Of a stretch of 64,000 nucleotides of DNA, positions 53,875 to 64,000 are shown one piece after another. The notes beneath the pieces are model-generated. The model worked only from the letters and a program-made list of their open reading frames with translations, ran no database searches and was not told where the DNA came from. This DNA comes from Oikopleura dioica (Eukaryota > Animalia > Chordata), in assembly GCA_907165135.1 (NCBI GenBank), contig OU015566.1, forward strand, positions 2,542,001 through 2,606,000. Reading direction: 5' to 3'. Within the stretch, counting starts at the first letter, position 1. Every line of letters begins with the position of its first letter. A program made the position numbers and the translations under genes.

Positions 53875-55621
53875 ATGATAAGAGATAATTCTGTAAAATT
53901 GACTCTGATTCTGATTCTAACTTTTTTATTTTTCGCATTTTTGGGAAAAACATACTCGAAATTGTCGGTTTCGGAAATGAATCAGAAGCTTCAAGATAAA
54001 ATGAATTATTTACAAGAAAAAGAGAAAGGACAAGAATCGCCGCCAAACAACTTTACTTTTCAAAAAAATTGTTCTTCAAGGAATATTCCGAATTATGAGA
54101 AGAACACTGAAGCAGGGTTCTTACAGCTTAAAACAGCTTGCTTTTGAATTTTAATTCATGAGAACCCCCTATTAAAGGAAAGCGTATTCTTATACCAGTG
54201 CTTGTCTGGGGTCCGAACAATCAACTTCAAGGACTTCGAGAAGCAGTGTACATCGCCAAAGCTCTGAACCGTTCACTCGCTGTGCCCATATTCTATCCAA
54301 ACTGGAATCAATGGGAAAAACTGCCAACAGTTATCAACGCTTCTATGCGTGTCGACGTAGAAAGTCTCTCGAAAGTCGTCTCCTTAATTGATCCGGCAGA
54401 AGTTTCAACGCTTTGTGATGGAAAAATCGACGCTGTTTTTTATACAAGAAACGATGGCGATGGCCATGATGCAGTAAACATGGAGTATTACGGTCTGAAG
54501 TACGCGGAAGAGCATATCTATAGCGATCGTTTTTCAAGAGAAATGCCGTTTCGAGATGCAATCAACCGCACCCAAGTCGCTGAGTACTTTTCTTCTGATG
54601 TTAAATGCGCTCAATTACAATTTCCCTGGAGCACGATTCCTGCTGAAGAAATTTCGAAGCAAACTCAACTCAAAAGCAGACAAAGAAGTGGTGAATTCAA
54701 AGAACTGATAGAAATAATCAAGCACACAAGGAGGCCAGTGTTTATCAGAGAAGCGGCGAAAAAATTTTTGGAAATAAATGGAATTGAAAAAATTGCCGTG
54801 ATGCATTGGCGATATGATGATGTAAGAATTGATATCGAGAAAGAATAATAGAATGCGTTCAGAACGACTATATTCACAACAAAAACTGGCGAAGGCAAAT
54901 GGCCGAGGATTTTATTTTGGAGATAAGGGTTCGAAATCACCAAGACCAATTTGCCTACGTACCTTGATTTCAAAGAGGTAATCATTCGAGCCATCAAATA
55001 TCTCTAGAATCTCTGCTAGTGGTTAGGGTTAGGGACTGGGAACTCTAAAGGGGGGCGAAGCCCCCTTGTTTTGGCCTTAGGGGGGGGCGGGGGCGTGATT
55101 TCTCGAGTCTAGTTAATTTTGTCGAGAGATTTTTGAACCCTGATTGAGATGAAGTCTGAAGAAAAGTATCAAAAGAAATTCGGCACTGAGCTATCAAAAA
55201 CACTAAAATCGAAGAACCTAACAACAATCTACTTCGCCAGTCCTCCAGACGAAAAACCTCTTTTAGAAAAAATTGAGAAAGAATTAGATGGACAAAAAGT
55301 CGTAAGCGATCAACTACTTGTGGAATTTTTGCAAGAAGAGTTCAAAAATTGCGTTGAAATCAAGGAAGACTTTGGAGATATCATCTCGCTGATGGAACAA
55401 GAGCTTTGTTATTTGTCAACGCTTTTTGTTTATTCTTGTTTTAGCACGTGGAGGTACCAATGAAACATTCTTAGATCTTGCCTAACTGTTTCTTTCCTAG
55501 CGCGAATGTTTTACTTGAAAGACAAATCGACGGGTTCTTCGAGAACGAGACGAATGTCAAACTCATTGCAAGTGCTATTGGCAAAGAATACACTGGCCTT
55601 TGCTTTCCTGACAATCCTTGA
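53875..55621 (+). CDS. GDP-fucose protein O-fucosyltransferase-like enzyme (O-FucT family)
   Basis: Signal anchor LTLILILTFLFFAFLG; WGPNNQLQGLREAVYIAKALNRSLAVP; AVMHWRY; IYFASPPDE; SLMEQELCYLSTLFVYSCFSTWS, the typical O-FucT motif series. Confidence 0.8.
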
Positions 55622-56106
55622 AAATAAAAAATGAAAAAAGATGACGTTGTGAATTTTTATGGTTAGAAATTCTCTTGGGATAACCCGGGTACACACAATT
55701 TTCGAAATTTTTATTCCAGATTTATCCTTTTTCGTTTTTTTTGAAAAATGCCAAATCATTTTAAATTCTTGTTGTGATTTTTTGTGGCTTGGTCAATTCC
55801 AAAATATTTCTTTTGCCGATTTAACTAGAATCTGTATCATAAACCCGTATGGGACACAGGCTATGGCTTATTTTTTCAAATTTGCAGGAAAATATTTTAA
55901 TGCTAAATTTGCTCTTTATCTTTGAATTTACGCGAAGAAATACAATAACTCCCTTACTGAAAACACCCTAAAGAAACAAATATCATTTTTTTAAATATGC
56001 GAGATTGTTTTATTTTTTAAGATATCACCAGAAATAAGGAAAATAAGGAGTACAGAATCATTTTGCCGAGCCAATTTTTTCGTAAAATTATTCACAAAAT
56101 GAATAA

Positions 56107-57012
56107 TTATGAGAGAATAGGAAGAGAGAAGTCAAGATCGTAGCTGGATGTAGAAGAGAGTCCGTGTCGGTTGGTGAACCAGATGTCGTTGAATGTGGCA
56201 TCATTGCTTCCGTAAAGCGTCACAGTTGCCGAAACACCGCTGCCGTTGGGAATGGTGAATGAGAGTCCGTCGGAGTTACCAGCGAAGAATTGATTTGGCT
56301 TGTTAGCATCGGAGGTGGAGGCGTAAGCGGAAATTGAAGGGGCAAAGCAAGTTCTGCAGACGGAAGCGATCGAGCCCAGTCGTGGGATTCGGTTGTTGGT
56401 GTCGTGCATTTGATGGCACTGTGCGAGGTCTCTCAAAGCTGTGCCTCCTGTGATCGAGTTCTGTTGCTTGAGGTCCCAGCAAGCTTGAGCGTTCTTGCAG
56501 CCAGTGCAGATCTGGGTCAACTTACCAGCTTGATGACTTCGTCGGACTTCGAGGAAGCAAACCTCGCCATTTTCGCATGGCTGGTTGACCTCATCGTTTG
56601 TTTGACCAACAACGGCGCACTTTGCTGGGGTCATAACGTCGCACTTGATGCAGTGTTTAGTGATTCTGGAAGTGGTGGTGAAAGTCTGAGTGGTCGGCGA
56701 CGTAGTGGTGGCCTGCACAACTCCGAAGTATCGAGCCTCGTCTTTGTCTCGTCCGGCCTCGTCGGCAACAGCGGCATCAGCGTCAGCGGCGGCAGCGTCG
56801 GCGTCGTCGTAGTTGTACGCAGCAGAAAGAGAGTTGTAATCGCTGCCGTAGGCTGAGTCGTAGAAGGCTCCGCTATCGAATCCAGCGTAAGCACTGTCTC
56901 CGTAGTCGAAAGCAGAATCCCCGAAGGAGAAAGTTCGTGCATCATCTCCAGCTTCGGAAGCAGCAAAGTCCTGAGCGGAAGCGATGGCCAAAGTAGCAGC
57001 GAAAAGTTTCAT
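56107..57012 (-). CDS. Secreted oikosin-like protein (301 aa, intronless): acidic Tyr/Ala-rich N-terminus, Thr-rich linker, Cys-rich LU/three-finger-like domain
   Basis: Signal MKLFAATLAIASA; DSAY/DYG repeats; TTTSPTTQTFTTTS; CIKC..C..C..CFLEVRR..ICTGCK..AC..C..CRTC. Confidence 0.7.
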   Translation of the reverse strand: MKLFAATLAIASAQDFAASEAGDDARTFSFGDSAFDYGDSAYAGFDSGAFYDSAYGSDYNSLSAAYNYDDADAAAADADAAVADEAGRDKDEARYFGVVQATTTSPTTQTFTTTSRITKHCIKCDVMTPAKCAVVGQTNDEVNQPCENGEVCFLEVRRSHQAGKLTQICTGCKNAQACWDLKQQNSITGGTALRDLAQCHQMHDTNNRIPRLGSIASVCRTCFAPSISAYASTSDANKPNQFFAGNSDGLSFTIPNGSGVSATVTLYGSNDATFNDIWFTNRHGLSSTSSYDLDFSLPILS

Positions 57013-58759
57013 GATTCGTCGAGTTTTAAGTACAAATCAAAAGATTACTTATACTGAGACTCTTATAAGTTCTGATGAAAAAGACGACACTTTTTTCTTT
57101 TATAGGATAACGCTGCCACAATCATAAATAACAAGTCGTCAAAAAACTATGCCATCTCGATAAAGTGAAAATAGCGACGCTTTGTCTCTAAACAAATAAG
57201 CGGGGTTCTCCGCTTTGTGTTGGTGCTAAAAACTCGCAATGCCCAAGTACAGGCAGGTGTCAAGCTGTGCAAATAGGATGCAACGGGCCCACCGACACGC
57301 GCAACCTGCTGCGATGTCCTGCAGAGACTGGTCCTAGCACCAATTTCGAGCAACGCTCGGTTTGAGATGGCTTCAAAATCAGCAAGCTAAGCCGAGGATA
57401 AGCTCAAAAGTGAAGTTTTAAAAGAGTAAAAAATTGGAATTTCATAAAATAAATAACCTTGTAATTTACCTCGTAATTTTTTTTTTGTAGATTTTGATTC
57501 TGAGGCCGAAAATAATTTTATCTTACCAAAACTCACCTAAGCCTGCCCTAGACAAGAAAGTTCGGGTACAAATTGGTACTGTCTGCTCAAAATATAGTCC
57601 AGAAAAATGTGTCAAGGCAAAAAGAGCAGATTATAGATAGGCTATCTATTAGATAGCGATACCGTTTCTTATATTTTTATATTCTTGCCAACCGAGGCTC
57701 TCAGAAGTTGAGAGCATTTTGCAAGACCTGTTCGCCCCTGTTGGTAAACCCAGGCTGCGCATTATGAAACTCTGGGTTGGTAAATCTAGGTGACTGCATT
57801 CCACCTTGAGTCAGGATAAAAGAAATCTAATGCAAGTCGTTAGATACAAATTTCAGTCATCCTCATAAAAAAGCGTTTTTTGGAAGTTTTGATAATGATG
57901 ATTTAAGAAAACTTTGTCTGAGGCCGAAACACGCGAAAAATTAGCCAATTCTTCTGTTGGTCGAGTCGAATTAAATGATGAGTCTTACCTCTTAGGATTT
58001 TCTGGATAACCGACTTGTTTTCGGAAGAAATGTTTTTATTCTAGAAATGATAAACTGATGATCGACCCAGAAATTTTTCATCATAATATTTAGTCAGTTC
58101 TTCTCGAGGATGAAGGATGATGGTCGTATCAGTACATCAATGTACTTTAATTTAGGCTAATGATGACTAAAAATCAGGAACGTGCAGTAACATCAAAATA
58201 AATGTAAAATTTACTGTTTTTAGGGAAGCGGGCGGCCTCGTTCGCAAAGGCTATTTTGCGAATGGCTTTTGCAATTTACGAACGGCGTTCCCAAAATCGA
58301 ATAAATTTCGGTCAAAAATCGAGTTCTTCTTTATTTCAAAATGTGTCCTAGCGGTAGAGAAAGACTGCCCCTGCCAACTAAATGAGTTCTCTTCCTGATA
58401 ATGCGCGAAGAATGCGCATCCTCACGACGCAATTTCATTTCATTGCGAACGGTGTTCGCGAAATTTCGAACGGTAAACCGGTAATTTTTTGCGTAAAACG
58501 AAATTAAACAAATTTTTTGACTAGTCTCGACGAGCCTTAGAAACCTGCACTAGCTTTTTTTACGATTTTGTAAAAGCTGCAGAAATATGAATCATTTTCC
58601 AAGGGTCGAATCTGAAAAAATATTTTTGGAGGCAGCCGAGAGAAAATTACAAATGAGACTTGTTTTTTGGATAGATATTTCAACTTTAGCCAAAACGAGA
58701 AACAGAATTTGCTGTCTTTTAAGCAATTACATTCAATGCTTTTTCCATTCTCATTCTAA

Positions 58760-59700
58760 TTTGGAGGCTACGGAAGGTGAGTAGGGCATATATAGGCCAA
58801 GATTGAAAAAGATAACAGCTGCGCGCACTTGGATAGAGATCAATCGTTACCTGATGGTAAAGGGAACTGTAATCTACACTGTAAATCAGCCTCAGCAGGG
58901 CACTGAGTAGGGCATTCGCGAACAATATCCGTTTAGAGATGCAGAAATCCCTTCGAAATCCGACTTATCAAGAGCTAATCATTCCTAATGAAACTAGGTA
59001 AAATAACCTCCGATTGTAAAATTTCTGAGTTCTTTTCTTCAGGCTCTATTGCGTATGGATATCTCCAAGAAAATTGAAAGAATTTTCATTTAATGTTATT
59101 TTTTGTATTGGTTCGACAAACACCAAGGATCCAACATGGTCCATCGGTCGGTGAAGGCACCAAGCCGAGGCAGGGGGATGCAAGGTGACCACCCGCAGAG
59201 GCAGCACATCTGCCAAACTCGACGGTGACGAGGCTACTCTCAGTGATGGGCTGAGCAGATGTACAAAAAAAATGAGCGAGTTGAGCTGATAAATCATTTT
59301 AAGCTCAACACTCAGAGATATGGAAGACAAAAAAACATAATTCGCTAGAAATATCCTCAATAGGGTCAGAAGATTAAAAGTCAGAATTTGTACAATCGAA
59401 TCGATAATTGAAATTTCGACGAGGTTTTTTTTACCTTCGATGAACGTTTCATAATGAATTATTAGCTCTTGATAAGTCGGATTTCGAAGGGATTTTTGCA
59501 TCTCAAAACGGATATTTTCAGCGAATGCCCTGCTCGGTGCCCTGCTGTAGCAGATTTACAGTGTAGATTACAGTTCCCTTTAGTAAAGGGCCTTTACTAC
59601 CAGGTAACGATTGATCTCTATGCAAGTGCGCGCAGCTGTTATCTTTTTCAATCTTGGCCTATATACATGTATGCCCTACTCACCTTCCGCGTCCCCCTAA
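58760..59700. mobile_element. Long inverted-repeat (foldback) element, ~220-bp arms around a ~470-bp core
   Basis: 58770-58985 is the near reverse complement of 59458-59690 (GGAAGGTGAGTAGGGCAT...GACTTATCAAGAGCTAAT). TSD not resolved. Confidence 0.75.
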
Positions 59701-59976
59701 TTTGCGCTAGTATGCGACTCACAAAATGATACCTTATCTTATTTTGAATCCTTTATAAGTTATATTTGGTTATCAAGGACCTGCAAAATGTAAGAGACGA
59801 AAACGCAATCATATTTGTTGTAAGAAAAAAGAACACATCGTACTTTGGACACCAATTTATTTAACCAAATAAAGAAAACCTGCAAACCAGTTAACAATCG
59901 TTTCTGGTGGTTATCTTTTCTCCAAAATTTGTAAAATTATTTGACAGAGACAAGCAAGATAATAAAATTATCCAAA

Positions 59977-62821
59977 TTAATAAGTATTATTATCATCGAT
60001 CATGGCCCAGAACTTCCAGATGCTAGTTCCAGAAGCAGCATCAAGATCTTTCAATCTATCGGTGGTGTCCCAAACCCATTGTCCGTGGATTTCGTCACCA
60101 AAGAAGCAGTCAGGGAAGTCAGATCGGTCTGTTGAAGGACTTGATCCTCGTCGGCAGGTAAGGGAGATTGCAGCCCAAGTTCCTCCAGTAGTGGTGTCGA
60201 AAAGTGTCACTTCAGCGGCAGCATCGGTTCGCGAATTACCAGTATTGGCGGCATCCCACTGACTGAAAAGAAAAGTATTAAGAAGAAGCCCCTTTAAAAA
60301 AACTTATAATATAATTACTTACGTTGGTGCTGTCACAATGTTAAGGTAGCCGGAACTGCCAGAGACAGCAGCATCCATTTCAAGTTTATTTGGTCCAACA
60401 TAGCTGGCGGCAGTAACTGCAACACCGTTGATTGCGCTTGGTCGTTTGTCTTGAACCATAAGTTTGATGTTGAGAGTATCAGTGAGTGCTCCCAAGGCGA
60501 CATTGACAGCATAGTTTTGAGCTTGCGAGCTGACAACTCCTGGATGAGGCTCATCGATCCATGCTTCCGAGTTCCAAACCTTTATTTTCAAAGTTCAGAT
60601 CAATATATTTTTTATGAAAAAGAGAAGTTAAGAGACTAAGTCTTGCTAGTTATTCACCTGCTTGTGAAGAGGGTCGACACTGTCGAACCATGCCTCAGCA
60701 TCATAAGTATTACTGTTGATAGATGTTTTGTAATTCCAGTTCCATGTGCATCGTTTTGGATTATTTTGCGACCAGAGGCTGGTGTCTCCAGTAGGGTTGT
60801 AGTTTGCAGTGTAAGCATTAGCATTGAAAGCTTCTTCATCACCATCAGCACAATATTCGACATTGTTACCGACCTTAAACCGCCCGTTAAAAAAGATAGA
60901 TTTCAGCAATAAAAATTGACAATTAACCACAAAGTAAATTGGAAAAATTTTCAGAAAATAATAAAAAATTACCTGTCGGAGATTAAATCGGACGCAAGCG
61001 CCAACACCGTGGCGGTAATCCTGATGCCAACCTCCAACGATGACCATACGGTTGTCGTTGTTACCAACACCACTTTCAGCTGGCTTGTTGTGGGTACCAT
61101 CTTGGAAAGCTTCGGCGCCTTCAGCTCCTTTGTCTTCAGTCAAATGACCTCCTGCAAGTCCGCCCATGACATTGACATTGACCTTTCTCAAGTTTCTTGT
61201 GGCAGGTCCATAAATCATCTTAATTCATTATTGAATCAATTTGATTTTATGTAAGGAATATCATATAGATAAAAAATAAGAGGTATGAACTTACGTAGTC
61301 AGAGCGAGCACAAGTGATGAATGAGTAGAAGGCGGCCCATGCACCAGCGTTTGGCCATCTTCGGGTTCCACTTGTGTATGTGTTGAGATTTGTGCAACTG
61401 CCGGAACCAGCAGTGTTGTAATTGAAGCCGAAATTATCGTCCATAAGTTCGTTGTTCAAGGTCGTATCAGCATTGAGAGTTTTCGTGAAACCAAGAACGC
61501 TATTGGCTCGGCACGATGTGAGGCCATCAGCGTTTGGACCACGTTGAACGCCATCATTTTTATCGTAGCAGAGACCACATGATCCAACATCACCTCTAAG
61601 ACGCTTATCCCAAGCATCCATAAGGGCTTCCTTAGTGCCATAAGTGGGCGCAGCTCCACCGTTCCATGATCGGAGATTCTGTTGCTTATCATTTGGAGAA
61701 GGAACAGCGTTTCCGGTAGTTTCGCCATAGCCATGATCGTTGCTCTTCTGCATGTCAACAATGTTCCAGTGAGAAGCACACCAGGCGGTATCAAAGTGAA
61801 CAACAACATCGAAGTTGGATCCCATGTTGACTTTGTGTTGTCCAGAAGTTTTATCTCCAGGAGTTCCCTTCAACTGGCCGAAGTTCGTGTTTTGGTCGAA
61901 ACCTGGCCAGATGGTACCAAATTGAGCAGCAGTTGCAGCACCAGTAGTATCGTCGTATTTAAAGCCGACATCGTCACCAAACCATTCTTTGCCAGTGCCG
62001 CCTGCTCCACGGGCAGTTTCATCTTCACCAGCGACGTTGGCGTTAGCGATGTTATTCTTTCTGTTTGTCATGAACTCGGCAATATTGACAACTGAGAAGC
62101 AGTATGCAGTACCAGCATGGTAGCTCGCAGAATGAGTGGTGCCAGCGGAACCAGCAAAGTTACCGACAACAGCAGCATTCATTTCAGTCGAGAATGCTCG
62201 AAGAGATCCCCCAGCGACTCGAGCATTATTGACGTGAACACCAGCAACACTGACTTGGCGGATGAAATTCTTCTGAACAGGAACAAACAGTTTGCAAACT
62301 GCACCAAGATGAACTTCTCCAACAACTGGCTTGCCTCCCTCGGCAGCAGCGCCCTTATCTTCACCGGAGAAAGATCCTCTGGTAAGGGAGAGCATATTCC
62401 AACCATTACTAGCGTTCACATCGGCCGGATTAGTATTGGCTCCGAAATTTCCACCAGTAGCGAGTACTTGGTAGTTAGCAGCTCCGCTCGTCCAAAGACC
62501 AAGTTTATGAAGATTATCAGAGGTATCACCGGCCTTTGAATGGTACCAAGGGAAATGTCGCTGGAAACCGCAGCTTCCCCAGTCATTTTGAACAGTGCTT
62601 GTTCCTTTGTGGGACTCAGAAGCAGCGCCCGCGTTTGCTTCCCAAGCCTTGCAAGCATAAGACTCCTGTGGAACAAGAGTGGTTGCTGGATCAACCGGAG
62701 AAAATGGAGATTTTTCGCTCAAGACCTCAATACAAGTATCGTGAGGGACTCCAAAGTCGTCGTATGGGCAGCACGCATAGTCGGCTGCGGCGACAGACAA
62801 AACAGATGCTAATAACTTCAT
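59977..62821 (-). CDS. Large secreted oikosin-like protein (~900 aa, 5 exons)
   Basis: Signal MKLLASVLSVAAA followed by DYACCPYDDFG; Gly/Asn/Ala/Thr-rich with spaced Cys; exons 62821-61295, ~61230-60973, ~60880-60657, ~60580-60322 and ~60265-59977 joined by GT-AG introns. The oikosin (house protein) assignment is from recalled resemblance, not a search. Confidence 0.7.
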
Positions 62822-62900
62822 CCTTAATTATTTGATATCAGACGGTGAACTTTGATTAGAATCAAGGTCCGATCTTTCGTTAACGAAATTCATGCGTTAA

Positions 62901-63265
62901 GGGGGTAGAACTAGGTTTTTCGAAAATAGCCAATTCGAAACCGGCGCTCAAAGCCAGGCGAGCTAAGATATTCAAATTCTCTCTTAGGCTGTAGATCCAG
63001 CAAATGTAGATCTAGCAACATTTTTCTTAAAAATTTTTTTCGTCAATGGATTTTTGCGGAAAGGATCGAAACGTCAACGCATCTCTTCAAAAATTGCGAT
63101 TTTAGCCCATTCGCGTCCTCAAATTTCTAGATTCACGTGACGAGCCAAATTTTTTCTATTCCATTTTAAGATAGTTTAACCCTTTTTCTAGCAACATCTT
63201 ATTTTTTTCTTATTTGAAGTGGCTCTCGAAAATCACTTTTATTCGGAAAATCTAGTTCTATCCCC
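62901..63265. mobile_element. MITE family A copy
   Basis: TTAA-GGGGGTAGAACTAGGTTTTTCGAAAATAGCC ... CTAGTTCTATCCCC-TTAA; closely similar to 1322-1716. Confidence 0.85.
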
Positions 63266-64000
63266 TTAATGCATTAGATTTATATTTATGATTTGATATA
63301 ATGATTAATTTGGTATTTTTTAAAGCCGAGCCGTCTGAAAATTTAATATCATCATTAATTAGAATAAATAGAAATTTTGGTGTACAAAGCAATTTTAATA
63401 ATTTGGACTGATTTGCGTTCAAAAGCAAAAATTAATGCTTTCAGGCATCATGAATTTCGATATTATTTATGTTTTATATATTAAAAATTGACAAGCTTTA
63501 AATTTTTGATTTATCTTCAGATAAAAAATCTTCTACATTGATCAATAAATAAATTCTCTTGATCGGACCTCTCTCAGAATAAAAAGACTTACGTTCTGGT
63601 GAATGAACTAAATAGGCCCTATCCGATTCTTATATAGTAACAAGCATTTAAGAAGCCCTCCAATCAATAACTCTGGTTTTGAACCGCCCAACCGTAAGCT
63701 GTAGGGGAACTTCATTTTACCAATCACCATCTCTGGTCAGAGGCAGAGGAATATTTCAGAGGAAAATATTCTAGTGCTCCACCTGACCAATCACGATCAA
63801 TGGTCATTTTAACCAGAGATTTTTATTCGCGAGCACTGAGAATGGCGCAAAACCAGAGCTTTCTATTCGCACGCTCTCTAAATGTCGCAGGACCAGAAGT
63901 TCTAATTCGCTGAGAAGCACAAACTCAATAAAAAACTAACGGACAAATCAGAAGCTCTGGCCACGGTTAGCTACGACATCAGATTAGTGAGAATCACGTG

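Noticed and set aside
1-64000. Prokaryotic operons, rRNA or tRNA genes
   Set aside because: Spliceosomal introns and eukaryotic gene families throughout; no cloverleaf or rRNA-like sequence recognised by eye (tRNAscan-SE/Infernal not run).

Overview
Eukaryotic, gene-dense genomic window, most likely from an appendicularian tunicate (Oikopleura dioica-like). This is an inference from 30-60 nt introns, a GA-AG non-canonical intron, Tor-type LTR retrotransposons and oikosin-like secreted proteins. The supplied ORF track ignores introns, so host genes were assembled by eye and their boundaries are approximate. Main contents: (1) An N-terminally short DOCK1-5-type GEF gene (minus strand, ~17363 to the window start). 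It is interrupted by a full-length 8985-bp env-bearing Ty3/Gypsy (Tor-like) element with apparently identical LTRs, a SAP-domain Gag, an in-frame UGA-CUAG gag/pol junction, an LMDD reverse transcriptase and a paramyxovirus-F-like Env. (2) A cadherin-repeat receptor tyrosine pseudokinase. (3) A PCTAIRE/CDK16-18 gene interrupted at an exon end by a second young, env-less 6483-bp LTR element, which has an in-frame UGA between protease and RT. (4) CUB, ELK/Net-like ETS and several orphan membrane-protein genes. (5) A 41.7-62.8 kb block with a sulfotransferase, two GT31 enzymes, an O-fucosyltransferase, C-type-lectin-like exons and two oikosin-like secreted proteins. (6) Many TTAA-flanked (Kolobok-/piggyBac-like) and 8-bp-TSD (hAT-like) MITEs, some nested. 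Most notable: both young LTR elements sit within 8 nt of a host splice site, and in both cases the TSD/LTR junction supplies a splice dinucleotide that could remove the element in frame. Both also appear to need UGA readthrough, at different polyprotein positions. No rRNA, tRNA or CRISPR array was recognised.
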